This document shows positions 14,319 through 29,169 of a stretch of DNA of 64,000 bases, piece by piece (the first letter of the stretch is position 1; the number at the start of each line of letters is the position of its first letter). This DNA comes from Paramecium tetraurelia. Its lineage: Eukaryota. The notes under the pieces were generated by a model. It was not told the DNA's origin. It saw nothing but the letters and a program-made list of their open reading frames with translations, and did not search any database. Where the stretch lies: assembly GCA_000165425.1 (NCBI GenBank), contig CT868650.1:62001-126000 (forward strand). Reading direction: 5' to 3'. Position numbers and translations under genes: made by a program.

Positions 14319-16747
14319 TCAATTATCAAAATTCTTATTTTCATTGTCACTCCCATATTCTTCTTCCTCTTCATCCATCTCATCTATTTCATCATGCATC
14401 AAAATTGCTCCATATAATTTAATTAGTTCCTCTGAATCTTCCCTTTCATCAAAGATTAATTAAAATTTATTATTCTCAAGCAGATTATCGTAAAAGAGGA
14501 GATGTTTTTTGCAGGGTGGCCATAAACTAGCATCTGGTGGTGGAATTATTGTATCAATTGACATTCTAAAGGCATTTTCAACCATTTAAGGTATTATTCT
14601 TTACAAAACAGGACTGCTTGTCTCCAAACAAGGATTTGTGTTTATTTCAATTAGATAAGGTTTAAATTATTAATCTATCATGAAATCCAGGCCAAATATT
14701 TCAAAATTATATTCCTTTTTATATGGAGCCAATTTGCAATATACAGATTTAATGCTTGTAGTAGCAATATCGATAAGTTAAGGATAGAGATCTTTATAAA
14801 AATAAAATTTTTTGGGTTGATTATCCAAATAACGCTGAAATTCAGAGAATGATAATTTATTACCATTCTCATATTTGCCATAAGTGTCAGCATATTTCTA
14901 AATAGCATCATTGGTAAGATGAACATACAAATTGGCTGGGTCATCTAGATCAAATTCTTCAGATGAGGTTCTGATGTACCCATCTTCATACCAATATGCT
15001 CTCATTATATTATTCAATTGAGTTATTAGAAAGTAACAACGAATATCAAATTTCCTTTTGTTATACAGGAAGGGTTTTTCAATATACTTTTATATTAAAT
15101 AGGTAAATTGTTTTCCATTGGAATGCACCTGCTTCTTACTGATGATCTTATTAATTTCAGACAAACTTTAACATACAGTGATACCAGTGCCCCTATTTGT
15201 GAATTCCCCAGGTTTTACTATCCATGTAGAGCCTCTAGATAGTGATCTTTTTTATACTTTGGTTGTTTTTTATAGAATTCAAGAAACTACAAGTAAGTCT
15301 TATCTCTTGCCCCTTTTTGAATGTGAAATGTTTTTGGAATGATGGAATTCAAATCTTATTTGGTCAATTCAAAATATTTCTTAAGATTATGATACAGAGC
15401 TTTCTTGTTCCCTAAATGATAGTTTCTATCAATGTGATTATGAATCTAAATGCTATACATATCATACCTTGATATTCGAATCCACCTGTAGCACATTCAG
15501 ATTCTTCATATTAACTATCTTCATGTAGGTCTTAGGATTTCTATCAATTTATTTATATTCACTGTCATCTCTCATCAATCTCAGAAATGGATCAATGGCT
15601 TATTTTTTCTTCATTGTATTAATTGATTATTGATTCACTATTTTCTTTTTCTATTGTTATTGAAGACAATTGTTGGATTGCTATTATTAATTAATGAATC
15701 CTTAAACTTTTATTTGGGTCCATATGAAATTACTATCTTCATCTGATAGTTCATTGAATTTCTATTGACTCCACCACCATCGTTACTTTAATATTTCCTT
15801 AATCAGAAATGAATTATTTCCTCCTCCGATCTTTAATTTCAAATCTGTCAAGATATCTTAAGGCTAGGTGTAAAATCCACTTTGACAAGATACTAAAAAT
15901 AAAAAGTGCTAGTAATTCTGCAATTTAGTTTAAAACAACTATTCCCTTGACAATTAAGAGTACTCAGTTAAAGAAAACTTAAAGTTATTGGTTTAAGCTG
16001 AATTGCTTTGAGGAACAATCACTTTCTGAGGGACTGGACTAGCATTTGCTTGATTAATAGATTTTCTTTATTTGGTATTCTGTACAATCTTCGACTTGAC
16101 CCTTTTGTCTAGCTCTTCGGTGAATGATTAAGACTTGTCTCTTTCTTTATCTTGGGAGAATGCCTTGTGTCTGATGCTTTATTGAGAAATTATAGCATTT
16201 TGTTCGATCAATTTAGTGAATGGTACTACTTGAAAGCCAAGGACACCCATGTTTTTTTCTGCAGAAATTCTATGTTACATACCTAATAATAGACTGGTTA
16301 GAATCGATCTTGTGTTGTTTGTATCTGATGGATTATAGCATGCTTTCAATATTTTCTACTAATTAATTTTGGTATCCTCATTTGGATCGCAATTGCTGGT
16401 TTAAATCTTCCTCTTTTCCAAAAATTAATGTGCATAGTTGGAAAATACAACACTATATGTGCCTTGTGTCGAGGGTTCTTAAGATAAGTGTCTCTGTATA
16501 CTGACAGCTATAATAAGAACTTGTTATTGATACCTTATTAAATTCTTTGCACAGGTTTACGAGGCAAGCTGGGTCTTCGGCATGTAATTTTCTGAGTGGT
16601 TTTGCAATCAAATCTACGCTCTTTTAAGAGTTCAGAAAATTTGATGCTGTTCTTCTTGTTCAATTAATTGATTTTTTATTAGAAGGAGATGCCATTCATA
16701 GTTCTTTTCTGCTGTGGGGTTCTTAAGAAGAGTTCTTCCCTATGCAT
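14319..16747 (-). CDS. Tubulin-tyrosine-ligase-like protein (TTLL, probably glycylase type; ~800 aa); intron 16508-16533
   Basis: WIVKPGEFTNRGTGI, IQKYIEKPFLYNKRKFDIR, EGYIRTSS, HLTNDAI, FEIFGLDFMID, LIEINTNP; N-terminal GGGNNS...RWWW. Confidence 0.9.
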
Positions 16748-16896
16748 TTTAGTTTTTATATATTTTTATTAGTTATTAATTTTTATTGTTATTGAATTAT
16801 CGAGTTTCATTAAGTTAGCTCTAATAGTCATGATTATATTATAGATCAGACATATATTAATGAGTTATTTATCAGTGATAGTGCATTAATTTATTA

Positions 16897-18360
16897 ATGT
16901 AAAATTCATCTAAGAAGCAAGAGACTCACGATTGCAATGATTGTTGGTCTGCCCTTCTGTGTGGCTTAGTAGAAATACTAATTAAAACCAAAAATCAAGA
17001 TCAGATCAAACTACTATTACCTCTGGCAAATCAATTTGCTCCTATTAGGATCCACAAGACAGTAGAATTACTGAACCAAATGATAAGGAGTCCCAATATC
17101 GATCTCTTCTACACTTTAGTTAATCAAGAAGAATCCTCATAAATAATGAAGATGCACATCTTTGCCCAGTACAAAAAAATCGCCTCACAAATCTGTAACA
17201 AGGACATTCTCTAGAGATTGGGTCAGACTTTCAAGGTGGACACGATCTTTTTGACGTATAACACCTCCATTTCACTTTCAAACAGTGAAAATCTTCCCTT
17301 GATACTCAAGATTGTATAATTTCAAAGCCACTACACTGTGGAGGCTTAAGAAAAGTAAAGGAGTCGATCTAATTCATTATAGCATGATTTTATATTGGAA
17401 ATGAAGCAGGAATGCAACGGTTGTTTGAGATCATTTGATTAAGTTGAATTGAATAAATCAATAGCATGTAGTCACACATATTGTAAACAATGTTTGAAGT
17501 TGTATTTCAAATTGGGATCCTACTTCATTTGTCGAGATTTCTATTGCAAAATAGAACTCAGTAAGGATGATTTCCCATTTCTTTAGTTGTCCCCTTTGAT
17601 GGACCCTTCCGTCTAGGTCAATAAATGTCTCTAGTGCAAAGCAACACAAGGAACACTCTACACCAATAAATGTGGACACACCCATTGTGAGAAGTGCATC
17701 AAGGACTCCCTCAATAAATCAAAGTACTTTCAGACTCACTTTTGTTTGGAACCCTCGTGCACCGAAATCTTGAATAATGAACTAATCAAGAACAACAGCA
17801 AGGAGATAGATGTTAATCAATTGTTGTAGAGGAGCAATTCAATTAAATAGAAGGCATCAGATTTCTGTGACTTTTGCAAAAAGACTCAAGAACAAGGAGT
17901 GAAGAACAAATGCGGACATTATTATTGTAAATCCTGTCTTTAATCTTAATATCAATCTATAATAACGTATGGTTTAAACAAAACAGTCGAATGTCCAGAA
18001 TGCAATTCTAAATTCAACATTGACACAATATTGGAGGAGTATTACATCTAATTGTAGTAATTATCGACTCCAAGATTGAGTAAGATGAGATCAATTTCCT
18101 AGTAATAGCCAGATGTGCAGCCATCCCCGTCTTTGGGGTTGATCTTGAATTCAATCTAGGAAAACACTAGACTCAAGACAAACGAGGACATATAATAGAG
18201 TCCGCAATTGAAGAGACAGAATAGCATTGATTTAAAGAGCATCTATAATGGAGGGTCCACTCCTAGAAGAATCATTCCTCAGATATCTACGAGCAGCAGA
18301 AGCAATTACCCTTTGACTCAATAATCGTTGCAGTTCCATAGGAGTCCATAATTCTTTTGA
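16897..18360 (+). CDS. Protein with two C3HC4-type RING fingers (~487 aa)
   Basis: CNGC...CSHTYCKQC...C and CDFC...CGHYYCKSC...CPEC; 1464 nt to TGA. Confidence 0.85.
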
Positions 18361-18601
18361 AATGATTATAAATATATATATATAGATAAATAAGTTGATA
18401 ACTAAGGGAGTTCCCTAATTTGAATCGAAAAATGAGTAATGAGGGATGCGAATTAAGTTTATAAATTCGTGATATGAGGAATTAATTATTAGTTTCTAAT
18501 TCATTGGTTTAATTCAATTAATGCATAATTGGATAATTCGTATTAAGTTAACTATATTTAGGAACAGGAAGAATCATAATATCTAAAATATATATTAAAT
18601 A

Positions 18602-20197
18602 ATGTTTGCTCTATCCAAGACACTCTCCCTTCATCACATGAATAAATACTATGTCAAGATTTTGAAGGATCTTTCGATTGTCAAATAGATTCCAGCAGGC
18701 TCGACTATTCTGGTCGGAGGCTTTGGACTTTGTGGCATTCCAGAGAACAGTATTAATGCCCTCAAGGAGGCAGGAACAAAGAATCTTACAGTTGTGAGCA
18801 ACAATTGTGGTACTAATGATGAAGGTCTTGGGATACTATTGAACAATGGACAATTGAAGAGAGTGATAGCATCATATGCTGGAGAAAATCATCATCTGGC
18901 TGAGTAAGTGTGTTGTATTATAGAAGAAAATACTTTGATGGGGAATTGGAACTCGAATTGATCCCACAAGGCACTTTGGCAGAAAAGCTCAGATCTGCAG
19001 GTGCAGGAATCCCAGCATTTTACACCAGAACAGGTGTAGACACCATTGTTGAGAAGGGTGGCATCCCCATCAAGTATAAGAATCACTCAAAGGACTTCGA
19101 AGTGGATATCGCTTCTCAACCAAAACATGTAATTTGTGTTGTAATCTAATACAGGTTGAATATTTCAAAGGACAGAAATACATCAGAGAAGAAGCCATCT
19201 AAGGTGATTATGCCATTATCAAGGCGAGTGTTGCAGACACCAACGGAAATCTCAGATTCGTAGGAACCTCTAGAAACTTTAATGAAGATATGGTCAAGGC
19301 TGCAAAGGTAGTGATTGCTGAAGTTGAATCTATCGTACCTCTTGGCTCCTTTGGGTTCGATCATGTACATGTGAATGGCATTTATGTTGACTATCTCTAC
19401 TTGGGTGGCAATTATAAGAAATCTATTGAGAGATTAGTATATGACGAATCAGTTTATTAAAAAAATCCTGGTATTTTAATATATAAATTTCATAGAAAAA
19501 TTCAAGAAAGCCAAGAACCAAGGTTTGAGAAACAGGATTGCCAAGAGAGCTGCCCATGAATTCAAAGATGGCATGTATGTGAATTTGGGTATCGGAATCC
19601 CCACACTCATTCCTGGCTTCTTAGATCCACACATCACAATCCATTTCCATACAGAAATAGGAGCTGTGGGAGTTGGCAATTATCCATTGGAAGGACAAGA
19701 GTTGGGAGACTTAGTTAATGCAGGAAAAGAGTCCATCACCTTGAATCAAGGAGCATCCACTTTCTCAAGCAGTGAATCATTTGGCATGGTTAGAGGAGGT
19801 CATCTTGATCTGACTGTTTTGGGAGCTATGCAAATTAATAAATAAGGGGATATTGCCAATTGGGTTATTCCAGGAAGAATGGTTAAAGGAATGGGAGGAG
19901 CCATGGATTTGGTAGCCTCTGGTTCTAAAGTCCTTGTGGTTATGGAACACACAGCCAAAGGGGAAAAGAAGTTCTTAAAAGACATCACTCTTCCAGCAAC
20001 TGGACTTAGAAGAGTTGATTAAGTTATCACTGGTAAATAAATGTTATATTTACATTTTAGAAAAGGCTGTCTTCGTTAAGAGAAATGGTGAATTAGTCTT
20101 GACTGAAATTGCAGCTGATACTGATTTGGAATGGGTAAGAGCAAACACCGGATTTGAATTGACTGTTGCTGATGATTTAAAGAAATTTGATATTTGA
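18602..20197 (+). CDS. OXCT1: Succinyl-CoA:3-oxoacid CoA-transferase (SCOT/OXCT family, fused A+B, ~498 aa); introns 18904-18923, 19129-19154, 19471-19495, 20033-20060
   Basis: [69 protein letters not shown]. The N-terminus resembles a mitochondrial presequence. Confidence 0.93.
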
Positions 20198-20435
20198 ATG
20201 CACATACATAAATCAATCTTCATCAATTGTTCTTTCAATATTGCTTTCTAATTACTAGGATCCTGTAATTAGAAATCTCTCTTTTTATTATTTATAAATA
20301 TCCAAGATATAACGTTATCTTGATATGTATCATTAAATCATTTAAATGTATATTAACTTCTTCTTAAATAAAATAATAAATAAGATGTTTAAATTGATTA
20401 AGAATAATATTGTTCAGATTTATATATATAAATCA

Positions 20436-23400
20436 TCAGTATATCTGATATTCATCCATTCCTTCATCTTACAGAACAAGAGGATCATTAAACCATTTTT
20501 TAACTTTAAATGGTCTGTCTCTATCAAATTTCCATTCTTCTAAGCTTTCATTCACAGTAGCCATGAGATCTTTCCAAAGTTCCTTTGCTCTTCTCCTACT
20601 TGTAGTACGGTTTTGTAATACGAATTTGGGAATATTAAATGAATCACAGCAATTCCAACAGGTCAAACAATTCCTGGCTTTGATAAGTGCAGGGTATTTC
20701 TTATTGATTTTATCTCTAATGTTATCAAGTATGTTTGCTTTGCTTTCAAAGTTTTCTCCCACAATTTCAAATATTATGTATAATAAAAATGGAATGATCA
20801 AAAAACCCATTATGACATACCCTGCTAATGTTATTTAGAAGTTTTCATTTTAAATGGTGGAGTAGACGATTGTCGCAATGCTAAAAGTGAGAGTCAGGAT
20901 GACATTAGAGATTTGGTCTATCTTATTCAGTTTCTAATTACTGTACGGTTGCACATACAGACTCAAGAGGAGGTAGATAAAAGTCAAGATGGAAGACAAG
21001 GAACCCTATAAATGATAGATAATAATATTGTACCATCATAATGACATTTTAAGCTTAGAGACAAATAAGAATACTGATAAATGCTCTGATGTAGATTCTA
21101 ACGAATTCCCAATAATAAATAATCCTATCCTTATCATTTGAATACTCATGATAGAAGTACCCCCATGATTGCATGAATGCAATTTAATCGAATCTTTCAT
21201 ACCATTTACCAACTAACAATTGATAAAAGAAGATAAAAGGTATCACAAACAAAAATACGAAGAATCCAGGATATGCAAACCATGACAACCATACACTGTG
21301 AGTTTATGTGTCGTGCTTATAAGACACATTGGCTTGGATATAACCTTCTCCTGAAATATCTCTCCATGCAATAAGGTTGGCAAATTCAATCAAGAAGGTT
21401 GGCTATAAAAAGATGAACATGTAAATGGCCATAGTTTAGAGACTCTTCCACTTGAAACGATTCTTGAAAATCAACACAAGGATGATCAAAGTCATTGCAA
21501 TGATATAAAGCAATTAGATAGCCAAAGACCAAATCAATCTCAGATAAATCATATCTACATCTCCTGCTCCATCAACTAAAAAGCAATCCAGAGCATTTCC
21601 CATAGATTTAGCAGGCATACTGACAGTGTTGATTGTATCTACTGTACCTTGGGGTATATCAATTTTAAAGCCTTCAAGGATAGAAAGTAATTAAACAAAA
21701 TTGTTGAATATTTTCATCAAGATAGCAGCTTAATCTAAGGAGGCTTTGGCAGATAGTAACTTAAGTTATCTTAAGACTTTCATAGTAACAACCTTTTCCA
21801 TTCTATCCTCATGACCTTTTACTGACTATAAAGTGCTATAAATTGTAAAGATAGTTATGAAGGCAATCATTAATTAGTTTCTGGTTTTTTCCTAACAAAG
21901 TCCACATTCATATTTAGCAGAATTGGAATAAGATTCTCCCCAATAACTACCATATATATCACACTCCTCACAAAGTGCTCCGATAAACCCTTCTTGACAA
22001 AGATCATTTCCAACATCGAATCCTCCTTTGCAATTGTAAACTTTATTCTTGCACTCTTCAACCTCTCCACTTTAATAATGTGGTCTCCAATAACTACTCT
22101 TAATGCTAATTTTATTCATGAATGTGTAATTCATTTTAGTTTCATCTATTTTTCTGCAAGTATCAGTTTTGTACTCCAAAGCAAATGTACCAACTGAACA
22201 AGGAGAGCAGGTTTCCTACTAATCATTATATTGTTCTCCCAACTCACATTCTACTGATCTGATCCTGACTTACAGAGTGTATCCAGTGTCAAAACCCTTA
22301 CATTAATAGGGATATTAGTCATGGTAGATGGGTATGTTAATATGACTACTATTAAACACTGCATCCAGTGTGATTTGATTGTAGGGATCGAAGTTAATGA
22401 TTTGATTCGAGTAGTCAAATCCTTGAACATCATTAATTTCAAACTTCCTATTTGTTTCCCCTGGAAAAGTTGAGGTTTAATTGTCTTTAGTTTTGGTGAC
22501 ATTACTTGATAAACTGCATTCAGTATCATGCTAATAGCTCATAATATTGTTATTCTTGTCAAGGAACACCAAAATAACAGTCTAATTTTCAAATTTCTTT
22601 AATTCCTAACCACTCTTGATAACAAGGGGATAATGCAACCATCCAGTGTGAGAATCTAAATTTCCTTACTTTTGTAAAACTTACTTCACTCTTATACCTA
22701 ATGAGGTAGGATATTGAGCAACATCATCACCGTATTTTGAGGCAAAATTTTGAATTAAAGTGATGCTAGTTCGTGCATAATTATTGATTCCACTTTCCAC
22801 AACTGCAATTGCCCCTCCTATACTAGCATTATTCCTATAAAATGAACTGTCAGCTATGTTTAACCGATGTTAAATGCTGCCTCCATCTTTAGGATAGGAT
22901 TCAAAATATATGCAACCTCCTCTGCCAGTAACTACGGCTAATGAACAATAACTGGATGTTACATTGGCAGTTAGTCCATAAAATGAGATACCTCCTCCAT
23001 GAATAGCCTTGACATCATTTATATTTAAGGATTCTACGATCACATGAGATAAATATGATGGATTTGGAATGGCATAACTAAAATTATATTTAATCTAATT
23101 TGATGTATCACTAACTAAAAGTCTATTTGAAGAATCACTCATATTAGTTTATTAAGTTATTTTTTCTAAAGTTAAATTAGAAGTCAAAGATGTGCCTATT
23201 AATTTATCCATAGTCTTTTATTCTCTTAAGTACTAATCACTTGAGACAGAAAAACAACCATAATAGGATGACTCTGAATTAGAACATCTACATGAACTCA
23301 TTTAAACCAACGGAATCAGTCTTGAATTTGATACTCTCATTATTTAGACCAAACCACCATGACATTCCTTACAAATCACTCGATTGATTGCAACATTCTT

Positions 23401-26400
23401 CATTGTTAAAGGTGTCTTCTCCGAAATCAAATCAAACAACATTAATGCTGGATTGATTTAATATTCTGGGAATTCTATTCTAATTTCAAGTAATCTACAC
23501 AATGCATTATTTGTAATACTAGTGCAATTCAAATTTGCTAATGAAATTGATGAAATATTTCTAAACTACACCAAATCAACTGTTATCGGATTCTCTAAAG
23601 GTTCTTATATCTCTATGTAGGGTCTGTATGATAGAATACTATGTTAAGATTCTATCGTATTCAATTTAATAAGTGTTGATTGCCATATTGAAAGAAATCC
23701 ATAATAGAATAAACCCTCAGAATAAGCATTCTAGACCTCAATCTATCCAAAATCTTATTCAATAGCAGCAATTCTCTTCATAAATAGAAATTTTTCAATT
23801 GATTAAAAGGAACCTAATTATGCTAAATAAGCCAAGGAGTTTGATGAATTTCCTGATATCTTCACATCTTGAAGCATCATCTTCTATTGTTCTATTGTCC
23901 TTGAGTAAAATAGAGTTTTTATGGCTAGACCACTTAAGGCATAGCAATTGGTAATTGTCGAATCCTAAATAGTGAACTGCTACTTCTTGTCATAACTTAC
24001 CAAAAAGATGCCTCCTCCTTCTCCTCTTGTGAAACAATCTTTAAATTCAGCATTCTCTATTTTCATATCCAACTCTGAGGCCATAGAATCTATGTACACA
24101 CATCCTCCTCTTGATGAGACTGTTCCACTCAAAGGAGTATAAGCATATCGAACTGAAATGTTTTTAAGAGTAACCTTTCCTTCTTTCAATGTCTTTATGT
24201 ATAATCCACCACCCAATTTGGCAGTCGAATTAAAGAACGTGCAATCACTCATGTCTAGAAGGAATGTAGATATAAAGAGATGTCCACCTTCTGCCTTTTC
24301 ATTGATAGAAGGAAATGGTGTCTTGGTTTCAGAATCAAAGTTACTATTCACCATTGAGACATTGAAAATGATCTAAGTTCCCACTTCCAAATAGAGAACT
24401 GACCCATAACCTGATACAGAATTGGATCTCCAAAGACTATTCTATAACATCAAAGTGCCAACCACACTTCTAATCAAGAATGTTGGATTGCTTGGCCTCA
24501 AGGATCCTTATATCTCCATTAAATGAGTGTTTTTGAAGAAATACATAAAATTGACCTACACAATTTGCATCTAAGTGGAATCTATCAATATGGCTGATGA
24601 AGGCACTGCCAATACAGTAGTAATAATGGTGCACTATGTCACGAAGACTCCATTAATAACAATTGTTTCCTAGTACTCAGAAGTTGAAGTATTGTAAATT
24701 AGATTACTCCATGACGATATTCCAATAAATGAATTGTCTCTTCCCATCAGATTCATTAATTATATGTTAATTAATTCTACACCCTTGTATGGATTGTTAA
24801 TAAAGAGACAGTAATTATTCCTTATACTCAATCCCTCTTTTTAATGACAGTTGATGTTGACAAACTTGGTAGTCCACACTTACTCAACATAGAAGATGGC
24901 TAAATCAGCATTTTCAATACTCTCAAAATCAGAAACCTACAATCTATTGCTTTTCTCAATTCTGATAGAGGCACTTGTAGCTGCTTCCCAAATAGTTTCA
25001 TCGAATCCGACAGTATTTATTTATTTAATAAATAATCCTTTCATTGTAATGTTGATGGGCATAAAGTAATCATTTTAGATTTCTGTGATGAGAATTAAAC
25101 AAGCAGGAGTTAGACAGATTACCTAATCGAATTCTAGGTTGATGAATTATAATTTCAATCCTGAAAACTCAGGATCATTAATTCTAATTGTTTTGAGCTC
25201 ATATTGGGTTTAAATCAACCTACCCTTAAATGTGAACTTTGTATTTTACAAATAGGCATCACTCAATTCAATTGTTGTTATGTGGAACAAAACAGTTGAG
25301 TTAACTTTAGAATCTTGCATTTAAAAATTATTCACTTTGATCTATTACATAGTTGTAAAATCAACAATTCCTCTAGAATTATTGTATTCCATGTTTTTCA
25401 TATATAAGGAGTTTATGATCACAATACCCATCGGTTCATCTAGAACGGCTGTGCTTAAGAAGGCACCATCATTAATAAAGTAACAATCTTCAAATTGCAC
25501 TTGAGTGATGATAATCTTACTATTCCACTGAGGTGGAGTTAAAAAGCTAACTGACTATAGTTCAAACAGTGCTTACTTTTCAACGGCAATATCATAAAAT
25601 TTCACGTTTTCTAATCTAATATTTAAATAAGGTAGAGTGATGTCAGAATCATACACTAGACCAAATGGTTTTGCTTAGAATGTAACATCAGAACTCACCA
25701 AATAGTTTTGGGATTGAATGACAACATTTTTTAAATAGATATCATAAGTGTTCAACAGTATTGTAAAGAATGGCTTCTACTTCTTAAGTGTGACTGCAAC
25801 AGCACTATAAGGAGTAGTATAAGCTGACTTGTCTAAATAATGATCCTCAGCATTGATATTTCCGATTTTGACATTCTCTAGATAGAATACAGACCCAGTG
25901 TTATTCAGAAATTGAAATCCAAAGGGTGTTTCATATTTGGGTATATTTGAGTACAAGTTTCCTCTGTCTGATGCTGGGTATAATTCAATTCCATTTATAG
26001 AGATAGATGTAAAGTATGCAAAGTAGATTGTCTTTTAAATGTACCATTAAATCCTCTGGTTGGGAGTTGGAGCATTGGTTTGTATTTTAAGTTCTAAATT
26101 TTAAACAGAGAACACATTTTTTCTAATATTGGAAGTAAAATAGGTATCCTTTTGGAAGAAGCATTTTGCATTATCTCCAGAGAAGTATTAGAAATCAAGA
26201 ATGATGGTGATTTTTGTGACTGCCTTCTTATTCCACTCATCAAAGAGAGCGTCTCTGGTTGCAGAATCCATCTTATCTTCTAGGATCAGATAGGTATTTT
26301 TGGATGTAATATCGCTGTATTAAGAGTTAATTTTCCATTCATCACTGGCATTAGGTTGATTTTATTGACAATCAGCTGTTATAGTGATTTCATCAGATCG

Positions 26401-28664
26401 ATCACAAGGAGTAGGACAATCAGTTTTAGAAATGCATCTGCCAATTTTACTATCATAATAATTATTGCCACCATCATCGCATTTGAATGATAATCGTGCA
26501 TACTTTTTATATTTGGCATCAGTAGGATCATAGAATTGATTAAATTGTCTTATTTCATCACTGGTACGTTCTCTGCAACCAATAGTGATTTCTGGACATT
26601 AAATACAATCAGAATCATCAATAGAGGAACTAAGGGATATTCCAACTAGACTAGAATCACATTAATCACAGTATCCTTTGGTTCCTTTGGCTAAGAATTA
26701 GGCACAATTCTCGCCACCCTTTTCACAATACCTAAGATCCTCATTTAGAATAGGTCCTTTGAAAGCATCCCCAGGGGTGCATTCATAACAATAAGGACCT
26801 AGGATCTTCTTTTCAGAAAGGGTGTTGGATTGGCCATCAAAAAGGTAATCGAAATATTCAGTATGATGGACAGAGACCAGGGACAAGGTGTAGCATTTTT
26901 TACAATGTCCATTTTCTGCACATTGAGCACATTTGCCTGTTTACATATCCACATAGAAACCATCTAGACATCTCAAACAACGTTATTTTAATCCATTTAT
27001 GACACATGATTAACATAAGTAATCCTGCATTAAGGATGAACAATCCATTCTGCATTCCCAATTACCTGAACTATCATTCTTGTAAAGAGTGTATCCAATA
27101 TCACATTGCAAACATTGCTGTATCAAAACAGTCTATTTGTAATAGGTCAGACAACCAGTCATAGGTTTATTTATTGTATCAAATATTGTGCATGTCTTGT
27201 AGTCATCTGACAAGAAGTATCCATCTTCACAAAGCAAACACTTCTCCAAAGATTGTTCTATTATTACTTTATGCATTAATACCTTCTTTAGGTAAAGGCA
27301 CAAAATCTAAGGCTATTGTTGAGAAGGAGGAATCGCTACCAAGAGTTGGATCGCCAACTTTAGCACATAATTTACAATTTACAATTGAACAATCAGTGCA
27401 ACCAGTTCCAACAGCATAGAAAGTCTGTGTGAATTTATCACATTCTCTGCATCTGAGTGTGTATTGAGATTCTACCGCCTCGATCTCTGCAGTTGTTGGT
27501 TCTGATGTCTCAGGCTCAACTACTTTATATTTATCCCTTGTTGGTCTGAATGGTTTAAAATATTATATACAATATTGATCCAAATTTGTATTCGCATCTC
27601 TTACAATTCGTGCCACATCTTATACACGCTCTTCTACTCAAAGATGGAACAAACGTACTCTAAGTAGTACTGGTACATTGTTCACACCGTTATGCTATAC
27701 GGTACAACTTGAACAAATCAACAAAGAATTAGACCTCGTCTGCCTCATTATTGGATGTCAGGAGGACAGGATTGTTATTGTAATCATCCCATGGTTTTTC
27801 ATTCAGATTAATCCCATCTCTTCCAAAATAACAGGCATCACAACCTGTGAAACATGCTACACATTGACTGTATGTTTCCACTCCATTCAATTCTGCTCGA
27901 GTAGTCAGTAAACTAAATCCTGTATTGCAAATCAAACAATTCTTTTTAATTGTCACTATTGTCTTTCCAGAATCGTCCAAAGAGATATATTTGTTTATTT
28001 AACAAGACTTGCAATTCTCAGGACAGGGATCGCATCCACTAATCACATCACTATACTCATATCCATCTGTACAACTCAGGTACAAATTATTCAAATCATA
28101 AGAAAATTATTTTGAAACTGGAAGACAAGTCTAATTTTGAGATTTGCAGAAATGGTCACATCCATCACAACTTTGTGTCGTAAACTATACATATCATCTT
28201 ATTTAATTTACATCCTATAATCCACTCTTTACTACATAAAATAATTGCTTTGCAGGCCTTTCGATTTTGTGAAACACAGATGTTCCCGTCGATTTCGTCT
28301 TGTAATCATATGTGCACAGTCTAGATTTATCCCTTTTATATTCATCAATACTTACCATGTCTGACTGTTGTCCAAACAGTCTCCACAATAATAATTGTTG
28401 GCTTCATTGAACTTCAAATAAGGACTATCATAGGCACAATTTAATATACCATTCTACACATACTCTTGTTCCTGCCTTCAATCCTAATTCATTGTGATCT
28501 TGCGGCAAAGAAAACAAAAAATACTGCTATTAACAAAGTTCACAATTCCCTTTTACTACATTCAAACAATAGTTAAACTTTGTATCAGTCTCATAATTTG
28601 TTGTGCTTATCTCGAAAGACAAATCAAACAAGAATGTTAATAGCGCAAAAACTATTATATTCAT
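20436..28664 (-). CDS. Giant (~2740 aa) surface protein: signal peptide, CxxC-rich region, beta-helix-like GG repeats, C-terminal multi-TM TRP-like block
   Basis: MNIIVFALLTFLF start. Many CxxC motifs (26400-28600), GGGLY/GGCVY/GGAI repeats (22700-24300), YWRP..GNDLCQEGFIGALCEECD, then several TMs with WGYFYHEY..YYWEFV..QPY. Span is 8229 nt (a multiple of 3). Confidence 0.85.
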
Positions 28665-29169
28665 ATTAATTATGATATTCTAATTCACAAAAAGAAATTT
28701 AAATACGTTTTTTATGTATTAACTTCCCAAAGCTAACCATGCCAATTTTGACATCACAATCACTAGCGAAACTTGAGATCTTATCAAAAATGGACAGGTC
28801 TGGACAATACAACTTTACAAATTAAGTAACAAACATTAAATTTTAAATCAAATAAATATTTTATCACTTTTGTATTTTTCATACTCACTTAAAACTCATA
28901 TTTAAATTTTACACTTTAATAAAGTTTTCGATTCAAACATTCTGAATCTCAAATTAAATAAACTCACACTAAAAAACCTACTTTTCTATTCTTCTCTCAT
29001 CCACACCCCATTTTGCCCCAAGATCACTAATTTATACAGGAATATAAAGATGACTTATTTATTTAAATTATACAAATTCGAATATACACATTAGATGTTA
29101 CATCAATAACCCAATCAAAAAATGAATTGATAAATAATTAATAAAATCCTTAAATTAAAAAAACATTAC

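Noticed and set aside
18403..18418. Small inverted repeat AGGGA-GT-TCCCT in the RING-SCOT spacer
   Set aside because: A 5-bp stem with a 2-nt loop is expected by chance.
29000..29025. CCCCATTTTGCCCCAAG, faintly telomere-like
   Set aside because: Not a tandem C4A2/C3A3 array.
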